64,000 nucleotides of DNA, from contig JAJDCD010000010.1 of NCBI GenBank assembly GCA_029261035.1, positions 14,612 to 78,611 of the forward strand, written 5' to 3'. This stretch comes from Candidatus Omnitrophota bacterium. Lineage in GTDB: Bacteria > Omnitrophota > Omnitrophia > Omnitrophales > JACROU01. Positions 37,201 through 52,200 of this stretch are shown here, in pieces. The notes below the pieces were generated by a model. That model was not told where the DNA came from and did no database searches. It saw only the letters and a list, made by a program, of their open reading frames with translations. Within the stretch, counting starts at the first letter, position 1, and the number at the start of each line of letters is the position of its first letter. Made by a program: the position numbers and the translations under genes.

Positions 37201-40200
37201 TTTGCTCAACTAAACTTATCTGAACCTGATCTAATTTTTCTATTTTTTCAATAGAAATAGTCCCCAAACTCTTTGCATCAGTCACACCGTCTTCAAGGGC
37301 GCCCTTAACAGCTTTTGCAATTCTTTCCGCATCCCCTTCAGCAGATTTTTCCAAAGCCCCTGTTAAACCCGCTAACAAACTTTGAAGGTCCATCGCTGGC
37401 GCTGATTGCGCTGATTGCGTCGATTTATCTCCGACATCAGAACCCAAAACTTCATCCACCGCAGCTGTGGCAACCTGCTCATCGGTAGTTGCCGCTGTTG
37501 CCAATTCAATGGCAGTGTCTAGCTCTAATATTTTGGAATTCAATATATCTGCTTTGCTTGAAATTTCTGCAGCCGCAGAAGAAGAGACCAACTCTAACGC
37601 CTCTTTTACAACTGGGTTATCATCTTCTTGAATACGTTGGATACCCGTCTTTGCTTCTTCCACATCAAAAGGCCTGTAATCATTATTAAGTTCATCCGCA
37701 GCTTGTTTCTGCAGATCTACATCTGTCTCAATCAAAGCTTGATCTGCTTTATCAATAAAACCCTGTAGCTTTTCTAACATTTCTTTTTGAAGTTCTTTAA
37801 TTGCAGCCGTCTTTTCTTCTATCGTCAGCTTCGCTTTATTTCGATCTTCAATAGTAGAATCCAAAGAACCCAAAACTCCATCCAGGCGATCCATACTCTC
37901 TTTTACTTCTGAAATAGCCGTATCAGCCACCGGAGATAAAGCTGCTTTTACATCTGCATCAGGATCATCTGCTAAATCTCGAACTGCTGCTTTGTAAGCT
38001 TCCATTTCTTCTGTAATTTCTGCAGAGCCTTGACGAACCTCCCCTTGCTGCACTTGTTGCTCATCTAAGTCTGTTTCTGTAAGCGCTGATTCAACCCGAT
38101 CAATTAACGTATCGATTTTCGCAATCATTTGTCTTTGAAGCTCAGCGATTTGACGCGTTTTTTCTTGAATAGTTGCTTGCTGCTCTTCTTTCTTCTTCAC
38201 TTCTTCATTTGCTTTATTAGAAGTTTCAATTAATTGAGCAATTTGATCCATAGATTCGCCGTAATGATTAAAATGCTGGGTCAAACGTTCATTTGCAGTA
38301 TCAATATAAGATGCTACTTCTATCTTATCTACATTCTCCGCACGATTTTGTTGTTCAAATGGCAGCTGCGCCTCAACCGCTTGACGACCTTCCGCCAATT
38401 CTTGGTGAGTCTTTATAATTGTTGCTTTCTTCTCTTCACTTTCTGACAATCCGTTTTTAATCACTACTTCAAAAAATAGCTTTGAATAATCTGACGATTT
38501 TAAATGAATTTGTTGAAGTATTTTTGCCTCTTCAGAAATTAATTCCTTAATAAGAGTCAAATTGTTAAAACCTTCTCTCCAAGAAACCAGCTTTTCTTTT
38601 AATTCCGGGATATCTTTGTCCTTTGATACTCTTTCTACTGCTTGCAAAGAACCCGTCACATTCAACTTCAAACTTAACAAACTTATCCCACGCTCTTTGA
38701 CCAATTCAACTAATCGCTCTCCAACATAAGCATAAGCAGCACTATCTCTGCCTTGTTGTTCCGCTTGATCATAGGTGTTATTAACCGCTTCTTGTAACTG
38801 TTCTATAGCTTCTGCGTAAGTAGTGTATGCCGCTTCTGCATTTTTATATTCCTCTAACTGTTTCAAATCTTCGCTAACAGCATCCAAACCTAAATCTGAT
38901 GCCAAATCCGCCACTCCCGTTTGAGCATCGTCAAAAGACGCTCTCTTTTCAGTAATCAAATCATTTAAACGTGTTTGTTCTGCAGCCAACTTATCTTGAA
39001 CTTCTTGTTCATTTTCAACACGTTCTAACTCAGGGGTTTTTGCTGATTCCAAAAGCCCTTCAACACTTCCTTCTAATTGCTCTAATCTTTCTAAAACATT
39101 TTTCACTTCTGTTTTTGCTTGTTCTAAGCCTTTTTCTGTCTTTTTGCTTAAAGCAATACGAATAAGTCCAGAAGCCTCGGAAACAGCATCGTTAATTTCT
39201 TTTTCCAAAGCATGGGTACGCTCTCCAATTTTTCGAACAAGCGTATCAACATCATTTAGAAAAGCTACTTCGCTTTCATTGAGCTGTTCAATAATAGAAG
39301 CGTAGAACTCACTTGCCTCTGTCAAACGTGAAGCAAACTCCCTTTCAACCTCATTTTTTCTTTCGAGAACAGACGTATATTCTGATGGGTTTTCTTTAAT
39401 TGTTTCGAAAGATGAATCAATAACAGCTAAATCAATAGGAGCAACTCGACCCCGCACTTCAGAATGAGTTTTTTGAGCCTCTTCCAATAAAGCCCTGGCT
39501 TCAGCATACCCTTCTCGTGTTCCCAACTCGATTTGCTCTACCGCTTGGTTTCTAACACGATCTGTAGCAGAAACCAGAATTTCAACCTGTTCCGCTCTAA
39601 AAGATTCTAACGCTTCCAAAGCTTTTTCACTTAACTGCTGCTGCTTCTCCGTCGCCACTTCCGCACTACCAAGAACATCTTCTAACTGATCAACTCTAGA
39701 TTGAGTCTCTTCAGCACGGTATTCCAAAGAATCATTAACATCCCCTAAAATAGCGTTAATACGTTCATTGTCTTCTGGTGCATCATCCGACAGTTCCACT
39801 CGCTCTAATTTTAACTTATTATTAATTCGCACTATATCAGCAAATTGCTTACCTGCTTTTGTTAACTCCTTAGCTTCAATTTCTGCGAAGGTGTCATCAA
39901 TCAAGACATCCAATTCATCCCACTCGGATTCAATACGTTCTCTTTGAGATCGAATTTCGGTAAAATAATATTCTTCAACACCCACACCTTTATCTTTTAA
40001 GAGCTTTCTAAGGTTTCTCATCGCTTCAATAACTTCTAATCTTCTCTCTACATAGCCTGTATTCAATTCTTGTTCTGCAACATCATATTCTTCGGCCAAA
40101 TAAAGTTTATAATCCTTCTCTACCCCAACTCGGTCGGGTATCGGACCTTCCTCTCCTTCAACCAATCCTATTTCTTTTTCTAGCTCAAACAAATCAGAGC

Positions 40201-43200
40201 TAATGGACTTCCATACACTTTCTTGCTGAGTCGCTTCTAAATCTTCTTTTGCTTCTCGAATAGAACGTTCGATTCGATTCAGAAACTCCAGTAACTGATC
40301 CCGTTTAGCTACATGTTTAACTGCATACGCATCTTTGATCTTAGTTTTAACGGCAGTTGCTTCAGGATAAAATTCCGCAAGAGCTATAGAAACTTCTCCA
40401 AGAGCTGCCGTAATACCTTCATTACCATTTAAAATTCTCTCAACATCTGCTTCTTTATTATATTTACGCACTAACTCTTCAAACTCAGGTGCCAATAAAA
40501 CACGATGAGGAATTCTTCCGGAAGCCGCTCTTTTTTCAATTTGACCCACACGCACCATCGATTGATGCCATGCATTGTAACTTGGGAATTTTTTCCTCTG
40601 TTTTGCAAGACCCAACTCATGAACTCGAGTCTTTTCTTCCCGAATCTCTTCAGCCAAACCACGAAAACGCTTAACAATTCCATCTCTTTGTTCAATGTAA
40701 GGAACTAAACCTTCTTTAAGAATTTCGAGCCAACCTTTTAACTCTTCGAACTGCTGCGTCACCGCTTGACGTCTTAATTCTGTTTGAGAAATGCGCTCTC
40801 CCACTTGTGACTGAACTTCAAGAATACCACTTGTAACTTGATCTAGAAGCTCTCCTTCAGGCAATTCATTACGAGCACCTCGCAATAAAGTCAAAATACC
40901 TCTATACTCTCCTTCACCTACCAAAGCAGGAACATCTGTTACTGGATGAAAACGATAACCCGCAACGGTATACAAACGGCCCCGCGGTCCTCTCTCAATC
41001 TCCAACGTTTTTTTATTTGTTTGCTCGTCCTTACTCCATACATTTTTGGAACGTCGCTCATCTTCTAACTGCACTTCTACCGCCTTCAACGTAGCTTCTA
41101 ATCGTTCCACATCTTGCAAACCTTCTAACTCTTGCAAAGACTGTTCCACACCTTCAAACACACCCTCGCTTTGAGCTGCTGCATTTGCAGTCTCGAGCTC
41201 AATTGCTTTAACACCCAAAGCATATATCTCTGGGATTTCTTGATCTAAGATCTGAAGACCTTCTTGCCTCATGGCTAATAACTTTTCACTGTATTCCGCA
41301 ATCAAAGAACGCAACTCTTCATTTTGTTCTAAAATTCTACGATCATACACCTTGGTATCTTCAGCTTTGCTTTTAAATAGGTCTGCTGTAATTCCTTCCC
41401 TTGAAACTCGAGAAGATTCCGATAACTTTTTAAGTTGTGTTGTAGGGTCTGATACAAAGGCATGCATTAAATCTTTAGCATAACGTCTTTTGTCATTCAA
41501 AGCATCCATATATCTTTCATAACTTGAATAGGTGCTTGGAGAATTAAAAAACTGGTGAGAATTTCCTCGAGTTAACTGTTCTTGCCTTGCCCCTTCAACG
41601 ATACCAGGGGTTTCTATAGGTGTTTTTTGAGGCAATGTTTCCCGAGCTTGCTTTAATCTTTTTTCGTAAATTGCTTTTTGCTCGTCAAAAAGTTCTTTTG
41701 CTTTTCTTTTAGAATCTTCTACCTCTTCATAAACAGAATCTCGTTTTTTCTGAACTGCTGAACGAGCTTCTTGTAAGCTTTTCTTTAAATCAACCATAGG
41801 TTCTGACAATACTTCAAGAAAACTGAGAACACTTTCTACGAAAGAGTCCGAAATCACAACTGGAGGAGAACGTTCTGAAGCGGACTCAACAATCCCTTCA
41901 AGTCTCTCAATTAACCCTGGTATCACATCGGTAGAAACTTCATCCGCATTACGAATAGCTGCAGCCAACTCACTTAAAATGCCGTCCAACTGCTGCACAC
42001 TTTGTGTCTCTAAAGCTTCTTTTCGAGAAAGATCTATCCCTTGCTCGGTTTCATTTATATTAAGTACAATATTCTTCTGATCTTGATGAATTCGATCAAT
42101 TTGATCTAAAAACAACATAAGCTCTTCTGCTTTTTTTAATGCCGGCTGATACTCTTCTTTTATAAGCTCATCAATTCCCTGAATCGCACCACTCAAAGCG
42201 TCTTCAAATTTACGATCAACCACACCGTTAATAGCTTGAATTGTTTGCAACTTTCCTTCAGCCTTAGCTTGATCCCCCTTATATTCAAAATCCAAAATAT
42301 CTTTTGCACGGGTCCAATTCTTACGAGCTTCCTCTAAATCTTCTATAGAACTCACTTCTAAAATACTTGTCATTAAACGGGTCGCTTCCCCAATTTTTTT
42401 CCTAGCTTCAAAAACAGCGTCATTTCCTTCTTGAGCCAATCTCTCTACCTCTACTTCTCGCACCTGTCTTTCTATAAGCATTTGATTAAAATCAGCCATT
42501 CGGTCCAAAAGATTCTTGAAACGGCCTTGAACTGCAAACGCCCCTTCAACCATCTCACGCACTTCACTAATCACATCTCCATAGCTATCTAACTCTGACT
42601 GGGTCACATTTTGTCTAATTTGGATTAAATTTTCTTCAACTTCTCGGGAAGAAACTAACATTTGTTCTTTTAGCTGAATATGTTGAAGTCTTGCAGCGCT
42701 TAAACTAAGTTGAGGATTTTGAATCATTCTCTCAAGATCCCCAACAACAATTTCAAAATGAGAAGGTTCTTCATCTTCTTCCAAATCTTGCTTAGGATCT
42801 AATTTTTCTTCAGCAATTGCAGCAATACGACTAACATAAACTTCAATACTTCCTTTAATTTCAGCAACATGTTGTTTTCTTGTGATTAAGGTCAACTTAT
42901 CATCAATCGCGTCATCTAAAAGATCTACTTCCTGTTTTAACTCTTTAATTGCATTATATTTACTCTGTAAATCCAACTTCAATACTTGAGCGGTATCTAA
43001 TTTCTCTGTTTCTGCTTCGAATGCTGCCAAAATTCCTTCTAATAAACGAAAACGTTCATTCGCTTCCTTAAAATGGCTTCTTAGCTCTTTAATATCCTCT
43101 GTTTGCTTAGCTTCATCACTAATTGCTCTCGCTTCTTCTGTTAATGCGCGCGCTTCTACAACTTTAGCTTCTAAACGCTCAACAATTTCTGCTTGATCCT

Positions 43201-46200
43201 TACCCTCTGTTTTATTAATAGCAATCGCACTCATAAGTTCCTTATACACAGTGCTACTTTTCTCGGATAAAGAAGTTAACGTTTTTTGCAATTCAGCAAT
43301 ACGATCTTGATCTACACCATCAATCAAACCCGCAGCATCCAAAATAATGTCTAATTCGTTCATTTCTATCGTTACAATACTTAAATCTCTTTTTGCATCC
43401 GTCTCAATTGCATCCAAAGATGGAATATCTTTTTTTCGTTTTGCTCGACTCAACATCCGTTCTAACTCATCAATTTGAAGCTCCAAACGGCCTTGATGCG
43501 TTTCAAAATTAGCCTCCAAGGCTTCTAATCCTAAATTTTTCTTTTCTTCCAAGACTTTACGTCTTGCTTTAACTTGACCTTCCATCTCTTTAAAAGCTTG
43601 GTCTATACTTTCAACCTTTTTTTCCAGCCCTTCAATCTTGGTTGACATTAACGCTCTTACTTGTTCAACATCATCCCCTGCTTCATCTCTAAAGTTTTCA
43701 GGAATACTATCACTATCTGTCAACCTCTCCGCAATCTCTCGTAAATCATCTAATTCTGCACGAACACCTTCTAACTCTTCTTGTTTCTCAATCAAGACTT
43801 CTTCCATTTCTTTCAAACGCCCCAAAGAACGGGCTTGAGCAATTGCCTCTCCAATACCTTGAACTTGACCCTCCAACTCTGCTAAAACCAAATTCAAATC
43901 TCCAAACATTGAATCTAAAGCTGCTGAACGCTCAGCAACAAAGAGACGAGCCTCCTCTTTTTTTCTAGCTTGCTCAACTTTATCTGCTGCTTCAGTAATT
44001 GTTTCTTGCAATGATGGGATGCGACCTTTCTGAACCCGATAAGCTTCCATCACTTCTTCTACAGCCGAAACAACCTCTCCTTTTGCTGTCTTAAAAGCAG
44101 AAATAACGTCATTCAAAATAGGCTCAAGTTGATCTGAAGGAATTGTCTTTATAACTGAAATCTGTTGAGTGTATTTATCTTCTGTGTAATTCGCATCTAC
44201 ACTTTCCAACCCCTCTCTTAAAGGCGCTACTGTAGCATCATTAAAGTTTATTGCAATTTCAAGGCGCGATGCTTGCGCGGCTAAATCATCCGTCTGAGTT
44301 ACAGCATCCAACTTTTCTTTCAGAACGTTCGTTTTAACATCAAGTTCTTTAGAAGCTGCAACAATTCCCTCTTGCTTAAGTTCTAAATCTAAAATTACTT
44401 TGGAGCGCAACAAACCTAATCCCGTTTTAATAATATTTCCTTTAAGCTCTTGAATCTGCTTTCCTAAGCCCCGCAATTTTTCAATTACAGAAACAAATTC
44501 AGAACTTTCTGTAATTTGAGTTGATAAAGAAGGGTCTGCAGACAAAGCTTTTTCAAAAAGCTTTTTCTCTTGTACATTTTTATCCAAACGAACAAAGCTG
44601 TCATAAGCAACCCGCAAATAGCCTAAACGATCTTTAGGCTTAATATTGTTCTCACTCACAATATCTAAAGCTTGAGTCACAGCTTTATAACTTGCATTCA
44701 TTTCTTTTAAAATGCTTCCTATCTCACTCGATGCCTTATTTACTTTTTCTACTTCATCAGATATTCTTTCCGCAAGAAAGTCTGCATCTAACTCTTCTAT
44801 TACTTTATTCACATCTGAATTTCTACTATCAATCTCACCCATTGCTGCTACTGCTCCAGCTTTTAAATCAGAAACTTCCGTACGAAACCCCATGAAAAGA
44901 GCGTCAATTTGATCTCTGGCTAAGTCTATTGCTTCAGGATAAGAAGCCCCCGCTTCACTCCACTTAAGATCAACCTGATCCACACCGGCCAAAACACCGT
45001 TTGCCAAATCTAAAAAGTCATCCAGTTCTGTTTTAGCCTTTTTCCTCGTTTCTAAATCGTTATTCGCATCCTCAACTTCTATCAACCGGCCTTCAATAGG
45101 GGTCAAATGTGCATTTTCAAAATCAAACAAGCTAATAAAAGGTTCTCTTTTCTTCAAACTCGTAATCTGTTCTTGAGCCTCTTGAACCAAAACATCTTTT
45201 TTAGCTAACTGAATACTTCTTTGAACATCTTCAACCTCTTGATATTTTACTTGAATCAACGCTTCTACTTCATCGCGAGCTTCAGCAATTAACCTATTAA
45301 TCGGCTCTTCTATTTGAGCAACAACATCATTAGCCGCAACCGTTGTTGATAACACAGTAATTTCATATGCAATCTGATCTAAATCCAATTCTCTTAGCTC
45401 TGTTTCTAGCGCTTCTAAAGCTCCAATTGCTTGCTGAATTGAAGGCTCATTAGCTGCAACAACTACATCTGTAACTACAATACCTTCAAGTTGAGTGATC
45501 ATCTCTGCTTTTTGAGCAGCAATCGCTTCTTTTGCCAAATCTAGTTGAGCATCAACAACCCTTTGAGTTTCTTTTTGTTTTCTTTCTTCGGTTTCTATTT
45601 GTCTTAAAAGATCTCCATGTTGTTCCGCCAATTTTAATTGTGTGAATTTTCCGGCAAGCTTTGCTTGAGCTTTTAAATTTATATCTGCGGGTTCAGTGTC
45701 TAACAAAATAGAATCAAACTTAGGGTCTAAAACTAAACCGGTTCCAATATAACCTTGAACAGGTTGAAATTGAGTTGTTGTCAAACTATCAAAAGACTCT
45801 CTTACAATCCCAATATCCGCTCCACCCAGAAGCTCCTGCTCCAAACGGTTCATTGTCTGACTAAGAGTATCTAATACAGTAAGTTGAGTTGCTAAGGTTG
45901 AAGACACCGCTTCTTCGAATTCACGCATCAGCGAATCTGAATCCTGAATTTCAGGTATTTCATTTTCATCCAATAGAGCCCCATTTAAATCCACATAGTA
46001 CCGCACCAAATCTCCAGCAACCTCCTCTTCCAACACTCTAAGAGCCCCTAAAATTGCAGAACCAGCAACAACACTCTCTTCATCATAAACCCAAGCATCT
46101 CTAGATTTAGGCTCTAAAACATCCATCAGAGCACCCACAGCGGCCACCTCTCCTGATTCTCCAATTTGTATTGCTGTATCTCGAGCCGCCTCCCAATACT

Positions 46201-49200
46201 CTGCACCCCATTGAACTTCCAACTGATCAATTAATTGCGCCGTTTCATCCGAAAGAACTTCTTCAGGTTCTTGCGTTGCAGCATCTCGCTCTCTTTCCAA
46301 ACGCTTTTTAGAGGCTTCCGTTGCCGCTCTCACAGTGCCGAGTTTTACCATATTCGCTCTTAACAAATCTTTCGCGGTATCCAAATCACCTTCCCAACGA
46401 ACCAGCTTTTTCAATTCTCCAACACCTATATCCACAGCGTCATCAACAACCATCTCAATAGCAGTGTCAATACCCATATTAGGCTCATAAGAAATCTGAC
46501 CTAATGTAGGAATTAAATTATTTTTAGCTAATCTACCTGCCTCCACTACAACATCGTATCGCTTTGCTCTTTGAGTTATCTCATCATCTTGAGCTTGAGC
46601 TAGTTTTCCTAAATCAACCATACGTCTTGTGGCTTGACCCAACATAAAATTATAAACTTTAGAAACAAGCCCTTCGAGATTAAAATCCCCTTGATTCTCC
46701 TGTTTCATTTGTCTCGTTATAGCCTGAAGAGCCTCTTCGTCAATCTGGTACTTCCCTCTTACCACGTACGTTCTAGCTTCGACAATCATTGCGTTAGCCT
46801 TACTTAACGATTCGTCAGTAGCCCTTTCAATTTGTGTGTCAATGAGATCTAAATCCAAACGATTAAAAGCACTCACCCCATCCAATTCAGGACGTTCTCC
46901 AATAGGTCCCTCCCAAGCAAATTGCGCATCAAACTCTTCTCTCAATTTTCGAATCCATGTCAGAGCATTTCGGGCAACTTTTAATTTTTGCATTCTCTTT
47001 TCAAATTCGGCTTGAACGGCTTTTTGAACGCCAGGATTATTCTCAACAATACCTTCGTAAGAAGTAAAAAATGTTTCCGCCTCTTCCATTAACGCTTCAG
47101 CCCGAACCAAAGATTCCATATCAGAAATTAATTCTTCCTCATAAGGAATCTCTTTATGTAATGCAAAACCCTCTTTAATTTCTCTAATTAGTTTCGCAAG
47201 ATCTTTGCCCGAATCCTTCAAATCTTTTACTTCTTTTACTTTTTGTTCAATCCTTTCAATACCTTCATCCAATTTACTACTAGCTCGATATTGGGCCAAA
47301 CTGCGATTGGCCGCACCCACTAACTCTTGGTAGGTATTTGCTAGCTCAGATCCATCGGCCACTTGCAAAGGAATTAATTGATCCATATCCATTTTAATTG
47401 CAGAAAGTTCAATACTCGCCTCATAATCATCTTTTTCTCCAGAAAGCATTGCTTGATAAACCTCTCGAGAACGCTCAATAATTGCGTCAATGTTGTTTTC
47501 TATTTTTTCTAGCTGAACTTGCAAGAAGTCCTTCACCGTTCCCTTAAGAATTCCCTCAATCACCAATCTTTGATTTTGTATCTCATTAAAACGAGGCTCT
47601 ATATTTAATTTTGATTTAATTTTATTATGATATGTAACAATGTCACGAGCACCACTTTCGCCACTTTTTGATTTAGCAAGAACAGCAATAAGCATTTCAC
47701 CCGCTTTTTTGGAACTAGGAGCATCATCGGTTAACCAATCATCATTACCGCCACCACCAGCAACCAAATCATACAACTCTCCTGTAGCCGCTTCGTATTG
47801 GTTCACCCCTATTTCTAATGCAATATTATAAACGTCGTCCCATTTTTTTTGCTCCCAAGACTCCTTCAACGCCTCTGTTAAAGCAACACCCTCTCGATCC
47901 ACCAAACCTCGACCATAGCGAACGGCCATAGCCGCTAATGGCTGATCTGCTTTCAGCTTCAGCGTTGTAAGCAAAAGAATAAGTTGCTCTTTTTCTTCGC
48001 TCAATTTTTTTCTCTGCTCCGCTTCTCGTCGCGCTCGCTCTTCTTGAGCTCTTTGAGCCGCTACTTGCTCCGCCATTTTTTTTGCAATACCTTTTCGCTT
48101 CGTAGCTTCTGCTAGTTCAGCACCCTCTTTTTGTCGCGCTTTTTCTTCCACAATAGCTTCTGGAATTGGAATGGTTAATGTGCGAGTTACACCAATAGAA
48201 GAGGTCACTTCTTCTTTCCATTCGATATTACCCATAACTTGACGCATTTTCATCGTACTCATTCCCAAACCACCTGATTTGTGGCGGTTAATTAACTGTA
48301 GGAAAATATCTTTTTCTCGAGCTGCCATTTTCTGCCTCTGCACATCTTGAGGAATTGGCAATTGCAACGCATCAATTTTGTCTGCATACGTAAATTGAGA
48401 ACTTGGCTCAAACAGTCGAATGACCACTTGATTATCCTGAAGCTCCACAGCAACTCTTACATCTTGGTCTGCTGAAAAAGGAAGCTTTCTTTTTTCGTAA
48501 AAAGTTTTGGTTAACGTATTTTCAATATAATTCTGAACCAACTCCATAAGATCGGTGAGCAAATTCTCTTGAAACTCCGCAAGCTCCGTCGTCAAATCTT
48601 CTTGAATAGAAACATCGGATGCCTGAACCACCGCTTGAAGGGATGCATAAGCAACATCTAACACTTTACGCTCAAGAACTCCCGGTTCTCCTCCATCCCC
48701 TTTAGCAATCGCTTTCATTGCTGAATTATAAATTTCACGTACCGTATGGTGATGCTGTTCTGGTTCTAATCCAGAATAATCGGAGGCCGCTATATTTGAT
48801 TTCCCTGTACGCGCATAAAAATTCACTCTTTTATCTTTAGCAATACTAGGCACCGAAGAAGCAATACCTACAGCGATTGGGAATTCGTCTAAAGGATACG
48901 CTTCATCTCGAGCAATTCTCAACTTAGCTTCTGCATTTGTATAAACACCAATAAAACTTGTTATCTCTGCACCAATGCTTTTTCGTAATTCAGAAATCTC
49001 TCTCTTTTGATCCACAAACAACTGCCCGTAAGATTTTTCATCAAATAGTTGTTTTGCTGCTTCAGGAACACTAAGACTTCGTGTCATAGCCGCTAAGTTT
49101 TTACGCGCTCTCAATAAGCCATCCCAAAGAATTTCTAATGTGGCAATTTTTTCTGATAAATCCGTTTCCTTCATCGTTTCTTTTAAAGTCGTTTTTGCAG

Positions 49201-52200
49201 ACGCAACAACTTCACGAACTTCTTTTGTTAATTTTCTCTTAATAATATTCGCACGAACCATAATTACATTCTGAGGAATGGTCTTAGCAGCCGCTTGATA
49301 AATCACTTCTAACTCTCTAACACGATTATTATGAGCACGTATATCCTCAGCAAAAACAGCTTCAAAGGCTTCTATTTGTTCTACAACTTTTGGATGTTGC
49401 GCAAAGGATGCTAAGTCTTGTGGAATGCTTATTTGATCAGAAATTCTAAGTTTTACTAATTCTTCCCTTTCCACTTTTGCTTCCTTAAAATCTTGAATGT
49501 TTTCTTGAACTTGCTCCAAAGCTAAATTATCTTCAGTTAAACGAACCACACTATCTTCAAAGCGAACCAACAAATCTTGACTTGTTATTTTACTTAAACG
49601 TTCTGCAGTTCTATTAGCTTCGGTTTTAATATGTTCTAACAACCTTTGAACTTCAGGAGAAATCGGAGCTTTTGGAACCTGAGGAGGTGTTGCAGGTTTC
49701 AGGGTTAATTGTTTAATGCGAGCATCTGTTTTTTCTTGAATTTGAGGCAAAAGATCTTTTGTTACCATCTTTGCTAAAGATAAAGAGTATTGAGAAAATC
49801 CAGAAATAATTTTACGAGCATGAGTTTCAGCAGCTTGTTGCGTTAGCTTATCATTTGCAGATCTTAACTTATCCTTCAAAGTACTAAGAGCGCCTACCTG
49901 AACTCGATAATTCTTATTATCTTTAGAAGTTAAACGATCCAATTCTTGCGAAAACTGCGCAAGCCCATCTCTAAGCCCTTCGACCTTCGAAGCATCTAAT
50001 GAAGCTAAGTACTGATCAAACATTTGAAGGAATAGTACTGCAATTCTTTTTTGCCAAGCGGCCTTCTTCTCGTTATCTTCTCTTTTAGCTTTCAGAGAAA
50101 ATTCACCCGTCCAACTCGCTTCGTGAACAAGCTGATTAAATATATGAGCTGCAACTCTTGTTAAAGCCTCATTAACTATCTCTTTCTGATTATCACCCAA
50201 ACTAGCCGCCATCGCCAAAACTTCTTCTTGCATTGGGCCATCAAACATCTGTTCCCAAACCAACAAGGAAGCAGCAACTCCAATAGCAAAATTTTCTGAA
50301 TCCATTTCTTCCATCTGATCTTTAAAGGCTGGGTTTAAAGCAACCAAACGTTGAAGCGCGTTTACAGAGAGTCTTAACTGATTATCTTTACCTGTAAAAA
50401 ACGTTTCATAATTCATAAAACGTTGATATATATCGCGAGAGAAGAGCGAGGTCTCTTTTCTTCCTAAATCAGAATTACGACGCACCGCTGTTCTCAAACT
50501 ACCCAACGAAGGCGCCCCTGCCAAAGCAATTAAAATATTAGCTCCTTCTTGATAAACATCTAATGGAGCTTCTGGCTGTAAAGCCTGCCAATCTTCTAAC
50601 AAACCTGCTTCCGCTAATAAATAGTCGCTGCTCAAAACGTTAACCGGACCTAAAGCACGACGGAAAACAGGGGCGCTTGCAGCTTTAATTTCGCGCACAC
50701 CAAAAATCTCTTCGTACTGAGGTTCTGTGACAAGGTAGGTTCGAACATAAACTTCTTTTTTCCCTTGCTGTGTAATTAAATCTAATCCCATTTCTTCTGC
50801 ATAACGAAATCCATTCAAACCTGCTTCTCGACGTAAACGTGGAGAGAAAGGTTTATCACTCACAACATATATTAGGCGTTTATTACCACGGCGATCGGAA
50901 GCAATCTTCACTACTTGCTCGGAAGGCGTTGGATTTAAACGAATCACCTTTGAAGAAGGTGTTACTAAGTCCCCATTCATTTCTAAAATAGAAGCGTTCA
51001 CCGCTTGGACTCCAGCTTCAGAAACTCCTGTATCTGATAGCTGCACTTTTAAACCTTTATCCCAATCACTCACTACTTCCCCCAAGCCTTGAGCTGTGGT
51101 GCCATCAAACACACTTAGACTCATCATCAAAGACAGTGCATAAGCCACAAAAGAAAGAGAGCCTTCTACTTCGCCTTGATTCAACGTTGGAACACGACTT
51201 TGAGCTGCTAACTGATAACGAGGGTCATCAATCGATTTTGGACGAGGAATATTGCGAGCCTCTAATAAAAATTGATCCATCGGTGTAGGACTTTGCATTA
51301 AAGATTCTTGATACAGTTTTTCTTCTTTACGATCATCAATACTTGATGCAATACGAGGCACAATCGTCATATAAGAAATCTCAGAGTCTTCTAACTTTTT
51401 TTCAAGACCCGAAGTATGAAAACCACCCGTTACAACCACAGAAATTGGGCTGTCGGATCGATTCATTTCTGAAAGCATATTTTGGAATAGAGCTTCGTCT
51501 CGATCTAGAGCTGCTTCATAAAATGTTTCGATCTGGCTCAAATGACCATCAATCTCATAAACTTCTTTTGGGAATTTTGAGTTATGGTTACTCAAAAGAT
51601 ATTGGTGTCTCTCAATAAAACCAAGGAATTGCTCAATCTGAAATTCATTACGGTGTTGATAAAAATAAAGAACATCCTTACGTGTTAATGCAAAATCAAA
51701 GAAGTTTTTCAAAATCTCGAGATGGCGAAAAGAAAGGTCTAACTCTCTTTCCGTTTGGTTCTGAAAAGTCTTTTCTTTCACATCTGTAGCTAACTGCTCA
51801 ATCTCATCAAAAATAGAAACGTCAATTTGATCTCGGTAAATCGTATAATCTAAATAACTCAGAACATTTTGATGCTCTTCTCCAACAAGACCCAACTGAG
51901 TCATTACAGATTTTAAGTAAGAAAAGAAAACACTTTGCCTTGCTTTCTCTAAACGATACATTGCGGAGTAAGTCACAAAACGACTTAAATCTTGCGCCGG
52001 AAGCATATCTTTGATCTTTAGAATTAAAGGCTCAACTTGTTTTTCAGCAAGCTCAAAATTAATCGTACGTCCTAGTTCTAATAATTTTAAGAAAGAATTC
52101 AGATGAGTATAAGCACCTAAATCAACCTGTTTTTCTTCAGCTACTTCCATTAAGTAGTAAGCATAGGATTTCAGATCTTCATTTCTATTAAAACGCTCTT

